64,000 nucleotides of DNA, taken from NCBI GenBank assembly GCA_002269645.1, contig NIVC01003045.1:13703-77702 (forward strand), read 5' to 3'. A model generated the notes under the pieces. That model did not search any database. It worked only from the letters and a program-made list of their open reading frames with translations, and was not told where the DNA came from. A program made the translations under genes and the position numbers. The stretch is from Macrostomum lignano (lineage: Eukaryota). Each line of letters opens with the position of its first letter. Position 1 is the first letter of the stretch. Below are positions 1-14,342 of the stretch, in pieces.

Positions 1-185
1 CTCCTGAGGGAGTGACATTCTCCTGAGGGAGTGACATTCTCCTGAGGGAGTGACATTCTCCTGAGGGAGTGACATTCTCCTGAGGGAGTGACATTCTCCT
101 GAGGGAGTGACATTCTCCTCATTCTCCTGAGGGAGTGACATTCTCCTGAGGGAGTGACATTCTCCTGAGGGAGTGACATTCTCCT
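1..185. repeat. 19-bp minisatellite (CTCCTGAGGGAGTGACATT), cut by window edge
   Basis: About 9 near-perfect units visible. Confidence 0.95.
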
Positions 186-640
186 AAAATTGCTCCTATA
201 GAAGCAGGCTAGCAAGATATGAAGCCATAGAGAGTCTTGCTAGGGGCGCAAAAGCAGCTGGATTCGCCGACTTGCTTCTATTTTTATTATTGCCGGCTTT
301 TTAGGCTCACATTTTACTGGCCGCCGCTGCTTCCGGCGCTACTGACAATCCGACAAACCTCTTGGAACATTCTCTACACTTGCAGCAAATCTTCTTTTCT
401 TCATAGCCAAACAGACAGGGGCGGGCGCTGCCCCTTGTTATGCCCGAGACGGGAGGCCTCCCCTCTGCTTTATGGCTCAGCGCCGCGATACAGCGAGTGG
501 TTGGGGGAGCGGAGCGCCATAAACTCGGATCATTTCAAATTCCTCCTGCATTTTTCCTTTTTTCGCGCTTCTTTTTTTCTTTTTGGGCATTTGCTTTTAG
601 TCTGCTTGTCTGTTCTCCTGTCTGCCTGCCTGTCATTCTG

Positions 641-978
<338 letters not shown>

Positions 979-2095
979 CTCTCTAACTTCCTTTTGTTAA
1001 TCTTTTCCCTCTTCTCGCAAGTAAAAAGCAGCATCTAAAACAGCAAGCACAATTAATCAAAGCAATCGCTCACCTGTTCACTCAGAGATGGTGTCAGTCA
1101 GTAAGCTTCAGTAAGGACAGACTGCTTGCAGTTTGTTGCAAGAAACTTTGCTCGGGAAATCTGCGACAAAAGATGGTAGTGTAGTCACTTGAATTAGCAG
1201 ATGCTCCGTAACGCTGCCCCTCATGGTGCAGTCATTCCTACAACTGGGACAGGCAGAGCTAATTTAACTCTAAATTTATCTGTTATACACAAGCTGCTGC
1301 TGCTGCTGATGTGTGGGTGTTTTTACACAGAAAACAATACCTTAGTTGAGCATAAGCAAGCAGTTGGGAAGCGGGCATCAAGATATCCAATATAGCGCTA
1401 GAAACAGTCTGCTTGGGAAAGTGGGAAGGGCAGAGGCACAGGGGAGCGGGGGAGAATGAGGTGGGGCTTAGCCAATTGGAGAGTTAAAAAACTTCGGGTT
1501 AGGGTTGTGCAAGGCTAGACAATGAATGAGCAAGCAGCAGCATGCGTATACGCCCGTCCTTTGATCTTTGCCGCCACATTCTGGCATGCAGAGGGCCAGA
1601 AGGGTGTGATTGCGCCCGTCCGTGCACCCATATTGGAGCGGGCAAAGTGTAAAACATTGCACTGCCCAACTGGTTAAACCTACGAGCTAACAACCCTCCA
1701 AAAAGCCTACTAGAATTACTAGTACTACTCGCTATTATACTACTGTAGGGATAGGCCTGCAGCAGCTGGTGGTGCTGGCCACCCACACCCATAGGCAAAC
1801 CCAGTTTACTGCAGTCGAAGCTCACCCACCATGTAACTTGTAATAAAACAACTAAACATGACCCACAGAGTAAATTCATTGCTATTTTTTCGATATTTTA
1901 GATTTTCTATGATCGCTCAGACTGCATTAATTTGGCACGGGAAACCATCTTGATGTTTGGTCTCACACCTGCTCCCCCCCTGAATTCGCACATCATTTGC
2001 TCCTGAGAGCTCAGGTTTACAACTTAGAATTATCCTAATAATGAGTATAGTTTTCTACAGTCGGGAATGAAATTCGCGCTAATGTTTTACACTCA

Positions 2096-2738
2096 TTTTA
2101 GCACTCATTTCTGGCACCAACTCAACACTTTTTTATGGCGCCAATTTAGCACTTATTTCTGGCGCCAATTTAACGCCCAATTCTGGCGCCAATTTAACAC
2201 ACATATCTGGCGCCAATTTAGCACTCATTTCCGACGCCAATTTAGCGCCCAATTCTGGCGCCAATTTAACGCCCAATTCTGGCGCCAATTTAACACACGT
2301 TTCTGGCGCCAATTCAACACTCATTTCTGGCACCAATTCAACACTCATTTCTGGCACCAATTCAACACTCATTTCTGGCACCAATTCAACACTCATTTCT
2401 GGCACCAATTCAACACTCATTTCTGGCACCAATTCAACACTCATTTCTGGCACCAATTCAACACTCATTTCTGGCACCAATTCAACACTCATTTCTGGCA
2501 CCAATTCAACACTCATTTCTGGCACCAATTCAACACTCATTTCTGGCACCAATTCAACACTCATTTCTGGCACCAATTCAACACTCATTTCTGGCACCAA
2601 TTCAACACTCATTTCTGGCACCAATTCAACACTCATTTCTGGCACCAATTCAACACTCATTTCTGGCACCAATTCAACACTCATTTCTGGCACCAATTCA
2701 ACACTCATTTCTGGCACCAATTCAACACTCATTTCTGC
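2096..2738. repeat. 24-bp minisatellite (CAACACTCATTTCTGGCACCAATT)
   Basis: Diverged units on the left, homogeneous units on the right. Confidence 0.97.
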
Positions 2739-3988
2739 CAATTTCGCAACTTTCGAAAAGTCTATCTATAGGACAGAGCATCTGCCATCGTAGCGGTGTC
2801 CATCGGTATGCACTCGCGATGCAGCTGCAAGCAGCTGGGGAAAAGAAGATTGTCCATCTGCTTCTGCGGCTGCATGGATGCATGCGGGGAACAGAGATTT
2901 TCTTAGGATCCCAGATCCCGGCCCCAGAGTTGGAATATCTATCTTTCATCTGGGCCCCTCCAACAATAAGAGGCTGCATGGACAACTAAACTAGATTTGT
3001 TGGCTGGTTTGAAACATTTTCATGTCGCCTTTGAAAACCTGTTAGTCCTGTGATCCCCTATTCCTCTTGAGTGTTTGAATTCGTTAAGAAACTTATTAGA
3101 AAATGACGCACCTCATGCGGCATTATATGACAGAAAATCGAAGACTTTGGGTATAGTTCATAACTTCTTTTGGAACTGAGAGATGCCATTTTGATCTGAA
3201 AGGTGTCATTTCAGGTCTTGAGAGGTGCCATTTTTGGCTCTGGAAGTACCATTTCAACCTGAGATGCCATTTTAGATCTGAGTGGTGCCATCTGAGAATT
3301 GTCTGCGCGTTTGTGTCCTTGCCGTGTTTGCGCGCTTATGTCAAATATTGTAAAAACATACACATGCTATTCTATAGTCTATCTCAGCTGAACTGCGTTA
3401 ATTCGCACTCTGTCACACTTCATTCATCAAGCAGCAACTCCGTCTGCAGAGAGGGGAGGCCATGAATATGGATGCCAAGGTCTTGCGAGCTTGAAGTTTT
3501 GTTTAAACAAAAACTCGCGCTTACACGAACCAGTGCGCAAGTTGCGCTCCCGCTAAATATGAAGAGGCCTTATTCACAGATGCGGATTGAGAGTGCGCAG
3601 ATTATGAAATCAGCAGCTTCACATGCAACTGCGGGTTAGACACGTGGTTATATTGTCAACAAAAAACTTGCAAAACTGATCTGAAATTGGGATTTTTATA
3701 CGGGGGCCCTCTTCACTTGATCCTGTTCTCCCATATAAATAGGCCAAATCTTGATCGCTTTGTTGAATTTAGTTTGCCAGGGTTTATGGCACCTCACATG
3801 GCAACTAATTATAACAATGCTGCTATATACTGCTGCTGCACTGACTTTGATTCTGGTCTGCTGCTGCTGCTGCAGTTAAAGGTAACTATGCAGTTATCTG
3901 CTGTGCGAATCTTGACCTGCTTTTTGTACATGCCGGTTAAAATACTTGAACAGAATAAAGAACCCAATGCCGACCTTCCACTTGAGTC

Positions 3989-4128
3989 TCTGACGCTTAA
4001 CCTCAATGGTTGTTGCCTGAATCTCTGACGCTTAACCCCAGTGGTTGTTGCTTAAGTCTCTGACGCTTAACACCAATGGTTGATGCCTGAATCTCTGACG
4101 CTTAACCCCAATGGTTGTTGCCTGAATC
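3989..4128. repeat. 35-bp tandem repeat x4
   Basis: CTCTGACGCTTAACC.CAATGGTTGTTGCCTGAAT repeated four times with variants. Confidence 0.9.
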
Positions 4129-6139
4129 AGTCTTTACCACAATTACCCACAAGGGGCGACTCCAGTGGTCAGCTGCCCTCCCCATACCGGAGAAATTGGG
4201 GGAGGTCATGACACTCTATAGCTCGGAACAATGAACTTAACCCCTATTTTTACAAGGAGGGGGGCGGGTGGGGGCATCTGACCCCCCAGAATTAAAGCTA
4301 AGCAATAATCTCAAATGTCAGGAGGGGGCAGCTGCCCCCCCCCCTGTTTCTGCTGTGCCTGCGTACGCACTAGCGGGCACCCAATTCCTGGAAATCTCGC
4401 AGAGATTTGAAAGACGACGCTGACAATAAAAAATGCCCAACATTTCCAGACCGCACCTCCGTTTGAGTAAAGCTGGCCGCATGCCCGTGGGGGAAGTGGG
4501 GAAGAATCTAATAGGGGATCTAACAACTCCCCCAAAACGGTCAAGGCGCGTTGATCCATTCTTCCTAATAATATTCTTCCCTTTATTTCCTTCTCGATTC
4601 TTCGGCTCTGCTTCCTCTTTTTGCCCATATTCCCCATTGCCCGGTCGTAAAAATCTCTTATATATTTAGGCATATTTAGGCTGTTGTATGGGGGCGGGCG
4701 AATGAATGGGCGCGGTCGGTTTGGGGAAATGAGAAGAAGGCGGCATGGGAGATAAGCTCAAAGATTTAGAGAGAGAGAGAGAGAGAGCTACAGAGCCGGC
4801 TCCGCCGACAAAGCATTATGAAAAAGGAAATGCGTGGAAAGCTGAGATGCAGCTTGAGTGCTCTGCAGCTACTGTCAATGGAAGATTCTGCAGTTCATTC
4901 CATGCAGATGCAGCCTTCTCTGTGGTCCAAGTCTAATATGTGAGGATAAGGGATAATTAAACCAAATGGCCAGAGGAGGCGGGAGGGAAGAGATTGGGGC
5001 AGAGAGGCTGCTCGAATGCAGATTAAAGCTCGGCGAGGGTTGAGCAGTGTGGGCGACTCCATCTCCATTTCTTGCTTCCTTGCAGAGCGATAAGGAAATT
5101 CGAATAGCAACTGCAGGACGGCAAGCAGGCTGTCAGACTCACGGCCCACCCGCGCGTTAATTGCATTCGTGTGCGGAGACAAAATATGCTTTATGACACC
5201 AGCAATTATCTCTCATCTCTCTCGGCCCCTCTCACGTGGCGCATTCTCCGCTGCACCTCCTTCCCTCCATCAGCGTCCCGTGTTGACAATAGCAACCAAC
5301 AGTAAAATCCCGAGCAACGCTAAGTGGCCGAAGATTTACTGTTTCTGCCTGACTGACCGCTCTAGCGAATACGCCAGCGGATATCTATACTTAATCGAGG
5401 GGATCCGATGGGATATTGATAGCTAATTGCACCTTGCGCAAGGTGGCTTTTTTTGGTCTCCGAAACCCCCCTCAGAGGTCGCCGCCCCAGCAACTCGCTG
5501 GGTGGAATATATAGCAAGGCCATGCAGGCTTGCTATAGGGTAATAAAATTGCGCAATCAACCAGGACCTCCGCCCCAGCCGCCCGCCGCCGCCGCCCCAT
5601 CCGGAGCCAACCCTCGTGCGGTCCGCTCGATTTTTCGAATTTTTATGGGATCTAAAGGGGGGCTGCATTGTTGGTGCTGCAATATCTAACCAATATCTAT
5701 AACTCTCCCTGTCTCTCTCCCTAATGCTCGCTGGGCACGTGCCCTGAGATACCGCCTGCCTTTTTGCTTTGGCATTTTTATATCAAGGACGCTGAGTCGC
5801 TGACAGACACTGCTGGCGAGCTCGGTCGGGCGGCTATGGAATTGGTGAAACAGACAGCAATAAAAATGTCCCCCATTCGTCAGACTAATCGACAATGGCG
5901 GTACGGGGCCGAACTTGTGGGGGTGTATACTCAGTGTTCACTGCTCTGCTGCTCCCATGGATATTCAACCGCCTGCTCAATGCTGTCCTGAAGGACTCCT
6001 TGCTTTGCTCAATAGTTAAGTAAAATTCATGCATAATGTTTCACATCAGCTGTTTAGGTTCAGTTTTAAACTTTTGGTATCTTATTCGGCATCTAAAGAC
6101 TCAATAAACACTCGGTTTTTAAGCTATAAATGTTTAACT

Positions 6140-8823
6140 AGGCATCTAAACACCCAGTTTTGTAGCTAAAATGTTCTACTCGGCATCTAAACACCCAGTT
6201 TTGTAGCTAAAATGTTCTACTCGGCATCTAAACACCCAGTTTTGTAGCTAAAATGTTCTACTCGGCATCTAAACACCCAGTTTTGTAGCTAAAATGTTCT
6301 ACTCGGCATCTAAACACCCATGCAGTTTTGTAGCTAAAATGTTTAACTCGGCATCTAAACACCCAGTTTTGTAGCTAAAATGTTCTACTCGGCATCTAAA
6401 CACCCAGTTTTGTAGCTAAAATGTTCTACTCGGCATCTAAACACCCAGTTTTGTAGCTAAAATGTTCTACTCGGCATCTAAACACCCAGTTTTGTAGCTA
6501 AAATGTTCTACTCGGCATCTAAACACCCATGCAGTTTTGTAGCTAAAATGTTTAACTCGGCATCTAAACACCCAGTTTTGTAGCTAAAATGTTCTACTCG
6601 GCATCTAAACACCCAGTTTTGTAGCTAAAATGTTCTACTCGGCATCTAAACACCCAGTTTTGTAGCTAAAATGTTTAACTCGGCATCTAAACACCCAGTT
6701 TTGTAGCTAAAATGTTCTACTCGGCATCTAAACACCCAGTTTTGTAGCTAAAATGTTCTACTCGGCATCTAAACACCCAGTTTTGTAGCTAAAATGTTCT
6801 ACTCGGCATCTAAACACCCAGTTTTGTAGCTAAAATGTTCTACTCGGCATCTAAACACCCAGTATTGTAGCTAAAATGTTTAACTCGGCATCTAAACACC
6901 CAGTTTTGTAGCTAAAATGTTTAACTCGGCATCTAAACACCCAGTTTTGTAGCTAAAATGTTCTACTCGGCATCTAAACACCCAGTATTGTAGCTAAAAT
7001 GTTTAACTCGGCATCTAAACACCCAGTTTTGTAGCTAAAATGTTTAACTCGGCATCTAAACACCCAGTTTTGTAGCTAAAATGTTCTACTCGGCATCTAA
7101 ACACCCAGTTTTGTAGCTAAAATGTTTAACTCGGCATCTAAACACCCAGTTTTGTAGCTAAAATGTTCTACTCGGCATCTAAACACCCAGTTTTGTAGCC
7201 AAAATGTTTAACTCGGCATTTAAACACCCAGTTTTGTAGCTAAAATGTTTAACTCGCATCTAAACACCCAGTTTTGTAGCTAAAATGTTCTACTCGGCAT
7301 CTAAACACCCAGTTTTGTAGCTAAAATGTTTAACTCGGCATCTAAACACCCAGTTTTGTAGCTAAAATGTTTAACTCGTCATCTAAACACTCAGTTTTGT
7401 AGCTAAAATGTTTAACTCGGCATCTAAACACCCAGTTTTGTAGCTAAAATGTTCTACTCGGCATCTAAACACCCAGTTTTGTAGCTAAAATGTTCTACTC
7501 GGCATCTAAACACCCAGTTTTGTAGCTAAAATGTTCTACTCGGCATCTAAACACCCAGTTTTGTAGCTAAAATGTTCTACTCGGCATCTAAACACCCAGT
7601 TTTGTAGCTAAAATGTTCTACTCGGCATCTAAACACCCAGTTTTGTAGCTAAAATGTTCTACTCGGCATCTAAACACCCAGTATTGTAGCTAAAATGTTT
7701 AACTCGGCATCTAAACACCCAGTTTTGTAGCTAAAATGTTTAACTCGGCATCTAAACACCCAGTTTTGTAGCTAAAATGTTCTACTCGGCATCTAAACAC
7801 CCAGTATTGTAGCTAAAATGTTTAACTCGGCATCTAAACACCCAGTTTTGTAGCTAAAATGTTTAACTCGGCATCTAAACACCCAGTTTTGTAGCTAAAA
7901 TGTTTAACTCGGCATCTAAACACCCAGTTTTGTAGCTAAAATGTTCTACTCGGCATCTAAACACCCAGTTTTGTAGCTAAAATGTTTAACTCGGCATCTA
8001 AACACCCAGTTTTGTAGCTAAAATGTTCTACTCGGCATCTAAACACCCAGTTTTGTAGCTAAAATGTTCTACTCGGCATCTAAACACCCAGTTTTGTAGC
8101 TAAAATGTTTAACTCGCATCTAAACACCCAGTTTTGTAGCTAAAATGTTCTACTCGGCATCTAAACACCCAGTTTTGTAGCTAAAATGTTTAACTCGGCA
8201 TCTAAACACCCAGTTTTGTAGCTAAAATGTTTAACTCGTCATCTAAACACTCAGTTTTGTAGCTAAAATGTTTAACTCGGCATCTAAACACCCAGTTTTG
8301 TAGCTAAAATGTTCTACTCGGCATCTAAACACCCAGTTTTGTAGCTAAAATGTTCTACTCGGCATCTAAACACCCAGTTTTGTAGCTAAAATGTTTAACT
8401 CGGCATCTAAACACCCAGTTTTGTAGCTAAAATGTTCTACTCGGCATCTAAACACCCAGTTTTGTAGCTAAAATGTTTAACTCGGCATTTAAACACCCAG
8501 TTTTGTAGCTAAAATGTTTAACTCGCATCTAAACACCCAGTTTTGTAGCTAAAATGTTCTACTCGGCATCTAAACACCCAGTTTTGTAGCTAAAATGTTT
8601 AACTCGGCATCTAAACACCCAGTTTTGTAGCTAAAATGTTCTACTCGGCATCTAAACACCCAGTTTTGTAGCTAAAATGTTTAACTCGGCATTTAAACAC
8701 CCAGTTTTGTAGCTAAAATGTTTAACTCGGCATTTAAACACCCAGTTTTGTAGCTAAAATGTTTAACTCGCATCTAAACACTCAGTTTTGTAGCTAAAAT
8801 GTTTAATTTGAGCATCTAAACAC
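6140..8823. repeat. 41-bp satellite array, about 65 units, with higher-order blocks
   Basis: Unit GGCATCTAAACACCCAGTTTTGTAGCTAAAATGTT(C/T)(T/A)ACTC; diagnostic variants recur at offsets of about 819-860 bp. Confidence 0.98.
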
Positions 8824-9143
8824 CAAATATGGAGAAAATTGTGCAAATGTAGACACAGGTTATAAAACTAAAGTATTGGTATAGTACCGCCTGTTACTTG
8901 GGTGAAAAATATTTAGCAAAGATTGCGTAATACCGCGTGAGAAACATTCACTTTTCCTGCCTATATGTATGAAATAGGTGCGAAATTCTACAAATTTGCA
9001 ACGTTAGTTCCAGGTCCAACCGTTTCCTGCCAGCAAAGTCGTTATAATAACGAAATTAATTACAAAATAATTACAAAACCTAATTTTGCTTTAAAAATAT
9101 TTGAGCAAAAAGGAATGTTTGAAGCTATATAAATAATAGAAAG

Positions 9144-10385
9144 GGCGACACGGGGGAGAGGGAGACACGGTGGGAGAAGAAGACACGAGGAGAGAGGGAG
9201 ACACGGGGAGAGAGGGAGACACGGGGAGAGAAGGAGACACGGGGAGAGAGGGAGACACGGTGGGAGAAGAAGACACGAGGAGAGAGGGAGACACGGGGAG
9301 AGAGGGAGACACGGTGGGAGAAGAAGACACGAGGAGAGAGGGAGACACGGGGAGAGAGGGAGACACGGGAGAGAAGGAGACACGGTGGGAGAAGGAGACA
9401 CGGTGGGAGAAGAAGACACGAGGAGAGAGGGAGACACGGGGAGAGAGGGAGACACGGGGAGAGAAGGAGACACGGTGGGAGAAGGAGACACGGTGGGAGA
9501 AGAAGACACGAGGAGAGAGGGAGACACGGGGAGAGAGGGAGACACGGTGGGAGAAGAAGACACGAGGAGAGAGGGAGACACGGGGAGAGAGGGAGACACG
9601 GGGAGAGAAGGAGACACGGTGGGAGAAGGAGACACGGTGGGAGAAGAAGACACGAGGAGAGAGGGAGACACGGGGAGAGAGGGAGACACGGGGAGAGAAG
9701 GAGACACGGGGAGAGAGGGAGACACGGTGGGAGAAGAAGACACGAGGAGAGAGGGAGACACGGGGAGAGAGGGAGACACGGGGAGAGAGGGAGACACGGG
9801 GAGAGAAGGAGACACGGGGAGAGAGGGAGACACGGTGGGAGAAGAAGACACGAGGAGAGAGGGAGACACGGGGAGAGAGGGAGACACGGGGAGAGAAGGA
9901 GACACGGTGGGAGAAGGAGACACGGAGAGGGAAGGAGACACGGTGGGAGAAGGAGATACGAGGAGAGAGGGAGACACGGGGAGGGAAGGAGACACGGTGG
10001 GAGAAGGAGACACGGGGAGAGAAGGAGACAGTGGGAGAAGGAGATACGAGGAGAGAGGGAGACACGGGGAGGGAAGGAGACACGGTGGGAGAAGGAGACA
10101 CGGGGAGAGAAGGAGACACGGTGGGAGAAGGAGACACGGGGAGAGAAGGAGACAGTGGGAGAAGGAGATACGAGGAGAGAGGGAGACACGGGGAGGGAAG
10201 GAGACACGGTGGGAGAAGGAGACACGGGGAGAGAAGGAGACAGTGGGAGAAGGAGATACGAGGAGAGAGGGAGACACGGGGAGGGAAGGAGACACGGTGG
10301 GAGAAGGAGACACGGGGAGAGAAGGAGACAGTGGGGGAAGGAGATACGAGGAGCGAGGGAGACACGGTGGGAGAGGGAGACACGA
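9144..10385. repeat. Purine-rich composite minisatellite (GGAGACACGG(G/T)GGGAGA..., about 18-21 bp subunits)
   Basis: Almost exclusively G/A on +; stop-free in several frames, which explains the six overlapping ORFs. Confidence 0.97.
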
Positions 10386-12236
10386 GGGCGGCATCCGGCA
10401 TGACAAGTAACAACCCAGAGGGAGTGCATATTTGTCAAAAGCAGTGTATAGTGTCAGTCCCAGCTGCCAATTAAGTCTAAAAGCTCTATCCCTCAACAGC
10501 AATTTCCGCTGCCCAACATCAACCTCAATTTCGCCCCCCTTAATTCCTTGTTAGCGCCGCCGCTTTTGTCGCCTTGCAGTATAGAATTTAACGACGAGGA
10601 ATTATAATGGTGCTATAAATGGCGCGCAGTCTGCAGCGGCGGGCTTCAATTACAGTTCCTCAATCCGCTGCCCCTAACCCTTCCCTATTTTCATTGCAAT
10701 GGTCGCTTAAGCCTTGTTACCTTTTTTATGGGAGGCCTCTCCGCGCTTTAGGATGCCGTGAGTGGAGCGAGTGTGCCAGCAGTGCGTCGCGTCCGCTTAT
10801 AATAATGTATTGGCGCTGTGGGTTCCTCTCCCAGCCACCGCTTTTTTAATGAGAACTATATTGCCGGATTTTATGGAGTCCAACCCGCGGCTGAGAAGAT
10901 TATATAAAGGGGGCCTTGGGCGGAAAAGAGGGGAAAGCGGGTTTGGACCCTGGGAGGGGGGAGGGGGACACACTGGGGGAGGCCCTCCCAGCTTCCTTGG
11001 CCCTCTCCCTGCCTCTGGGGCATAGCAGCCAGTTGGAGCTGTCCCCGCTCAACGCAGGCCTCTCTCCATTGGCTGCACTCGATGCCCGCCTCGCCGCTCC
11101 GCCAGCCCCCGCCCTCCTCCCTCCTGTCTTTCCGCTCTGGCTGCCAGGGGGGGGGGAGGGTAGGCGGCCGGCGGTGTGACCCGCCTTCTTCTAAGCGCTA
11201 ATCCCAGGCTGCCCACAGCCCCTTCCGCATATTGATCCAGGGGGGCTCTCGGTGAGATTTGCTCTCTTCTTTAATTTAGGCAAGGAGTAGAAACAGGCTT
11301 GCCCGGAAAAGTTGAGAGATCTATCCCGATCCCCCCCTGACCGGAGACTGGGCCATGGCCTCCTGAGACCAGTAAAAACATTTTTGGATTTTGTGCGGCT
11401 GCCTTGACTGACGGCTCGGGATGAGAGAGGAAGGCGGCGGCTGGCGAGGGGGTTGAGGGAGAGTCGAGCGGAGGCCGGTCGTAAAACCTTGGCCCCGGGA
11501 GCCATAAACCGGTATCCAGAGGTCTGATTACCATTTACCCCCCCTCCTCAACTCAGCCATTGCTCACTCTTTGCTGTGCTGGGTCTTCTACTCACTGTCT
11601 CTTGCGCGCTGTGCTCAAACCTATACTGAGACAGACAGTGAGAGACAGTATAGGTATAGGGGGCCGCGGGTGTGAGAACTGTCCTATATAGTGTCATATT
11701 ATAAAAGTTTTTATGTCGATTCTTCAACTCGGCCTTGCCCCAATTGTTTGTCTGTAAACCAAGGCTCGCCAGATTTTGTCCCATATAGACAGTAGATCTT
11801 GTGACTCCACCATCGAATATGATTAACATAAAATTATAGAAAATACATCTTTGCTTAATTCTTTCATCCAGAGAACTGAATGATTGAAGAAGTATTGAGA
11901 AGCGTCCAGTACATATTACTAAAGTTTTTTGTGCCAAGTTTTTTACAGCCACACACCATAGGATGTCGAATTTGCCATACAAACTTTTATTAGCGTTTAT
12001 GGCAGGGGCTACGAACAGTTTAGCATTAAATAAGCCTAATTAAAGGGTCCTACAGTTTGTGCATGCATCTAAAAAGGTGTTGCTCATTCATATGCCCGCG
12101 CCGTCTGCAGTCAGTGTGTTTATGATATGCGAGCTTCTCAATTAGACAAGAGCCGTTGGCCTGTAGCTTGAATAGAAATGATCAATCCCTGCAGCTAAGA
12201 CGATGTTTTAGCAGGAGAAAAAGAATGCTGGAAAGT

Positions 12237-12689
12237 GTGGTGCTGGCGCCCCTGGTGCTGGCGCCCCTGGTGCTGGCGCCCCTGGTGCTGGCGCCCCTGG
12301 TGCTGGCGCCCCTGGTGCTGGCGCCCCTGGTGCTGGCGCCCCTGGTGCTGGCGCCCCTGGTGCTGGCGCCCCTGGTGCTGGCGCCCCTGGTGCTGGCGCC
12401 CCTGGTGCTGGCGCCCCTGGTGCTGGCGCCCCTGGTGCTGGCGCCCCTGGTGCTGGCGCCCCTGGTGCTGGCGCCCCTGGTGCTGGCGCCCCTGGTGCTG
12501 GCGCCCCTGGTGCTGGCGCCCCTGGTGCTGGCGCCCCTGGTGCTGGCGCCCCTGGTGCTGGCGCCCCTGGTGCTGGCGCCCCTGGTGCTGGCGCCCCTGG
12601 TGCTGGCGCCCCTGGTGCTGGCGCCCCTGGTGCTGGCGCCCCTGGTGCTGGCGCCCCTGGTGCTGGCGCCCCTGGTGCTGGCGCCCCTG
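12237..12689. repeat. Perfect 15-bp minisatellite (GTGCTGGCGCCCCTG) x about 30
   Basis: No visible unit variation; source of the VLAPL/GASTR ORFs. Confidence 0.98.
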
Positions 12690-13337
12690 CTGCTGAAGAC
12701 TGTCAGCTCAGATGAAATGTTATTTCCCATAGAATTACGAGTAAATACTTTCTATTTTTAATCTTTCTCTTACGAGTAAACCATCCATCCATCCACTTGG
12801 AAACAAACAATAATTCTTCACTTTATGCTAGTTCTCGGATGTTGCCTGCGCTTCGTGGCATGCACAAAAAACTGGGGCACTGCAGAAATATAAAAATATG
12901 AAAACGCCGCATCCACCTACATTTGAAAGAAGCGGCGGCGGCGGCAGCTGACACAGTCGAGGCCGGCATTTGGTTGGAGTGGGGAGAGGAAGTTTTATAG
13001 CTGGGCTGCTTGAAGCATTTGCTGGCACATGATGGCAGCTGATTCTGCAGGAGACATCAATAAAATATCAGGGATTAGCATGCATGTGGGGCGGCGGTGT
13101 CCGCAGCAAGTTTTATTGTACAGTTTCGAATGCTTTGCCCTCCTCATTTAGCATATTTTGCAGCTCCATGCAGAATTGAATTTCTGTTTCATATTTAGTT
13201 AGACGCATGCTTTATGACGGCATCCATCCATGTTGACTTGGCGTGCCGTCGCGCATGGCAACCCGCTACTCTTTGGACTCGAGCCGAAGCTTGAAATGCA
13301 GTTCCGGTGATTTATAATCGCTATGGATTTGCTCTGG

Positions 13338-14342
13338 AACACAGGGATGTGATTGCGGTATGTGCATGTGAACACAGGGATGTGATTGCGGTATGTGTAT
13401 ATGAACACAGGGATGTGATTGCGGTATGTGCATGTGAACACAGGGATGTGAGTGCGGTATGTGCATGTGAACACAGGGATGTGATTGCGGTATGTGTATA
13501 TGAACACAGGGATGTGATTGCGGCATCTGCATGTGAACACAGGGATGTGAGTGCGGCATCTGCATGTGAACACAGGGATGTGATTGCGGCATCTGCATGT
13601 GAACATAGGGATGTACAGGGATGTGATTGCGGCATCTGCATGTGAACACAGGGATGTGAGTGCGGCATCTGCATGTGAACACAGGGATGTGATTGCGGCA
13701 TCTGCATGTGAACATAGGGATGTACAGGGATGTGATTGCGGCATCTGCATGTGAACACAGGGATGTGATTGCGGCATGTGCATGTGAACACAGGGATGTG
13801 AGTGCGGCATCTGCATGTGAACACAGGGATGTGAGTGCGGCATCTGCATGTGAACACAGGGATGTGATTGCGGCATCTGCATGTGAACATAGGGATGTAC
13901 AGGGATGTGATTGCGGCATCTGCATGTGAACACAGGGATGTGATTGCGGCATGTGCATGTGAACACAGGGATGTGAGTGCGGCATCTGCATGTGAACACA
14001 GGGATGTGAGTGCGGCATCTGCATGTGAACACAGGGATGTGATTGCGGCATCTGCATGTGAACATAGGGATGTGATTGCGGCATCTGCATGTGAACACAG
14101 GGATGTGATTGCGGCATCTGCATGTGAACACAGGGATGTGATTGCGGTATGTGCATGTGAACACAGGGATGTGATTGCGGCATCTGCATGTGAACATAGG
14201 GATATGAGTGCGGCATGTGCATGTGAACACAGGGATGTGATTGCGGCATCTGCATGTGAACATAGGGATGTACAGGGATGTGATTGCGGCATCTGCATGT
14301 GAACATAGGGATGTACAGGGATGTGCTTGCGGCATCTGCATG
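13338..14342. repeat. 33-bp minisatellite (ACACAGGGATGTGATTGCGGCATCTGCATGTGA) with 11-bp insertion variants
   Basis: About 29 units directly visible. Confidence 0.97.

Noticed and set aside
4150-4375. GGGGCAGCTGCCCC MITE-like remnants (also about 11330-11560 and 39000-39140)
   Set aside because: Typical MITE sub-terminal sequence, but I could not pair TIRs or find TSDs, so boundaries are unsupported.
6140-8823. CRISPR-like regular repeats (also 20436-23255, 25736-25970)
   Set aside because: Head-to-tail units without unique spacers, no cas genes, eukaryotic context.
12237-12689. 15-bp unit GCGCCCCTGGTG as a CTCF array
   Set aside because: One base shorter than the CTCF core spacing (GCGCCCCCTGGTGG).
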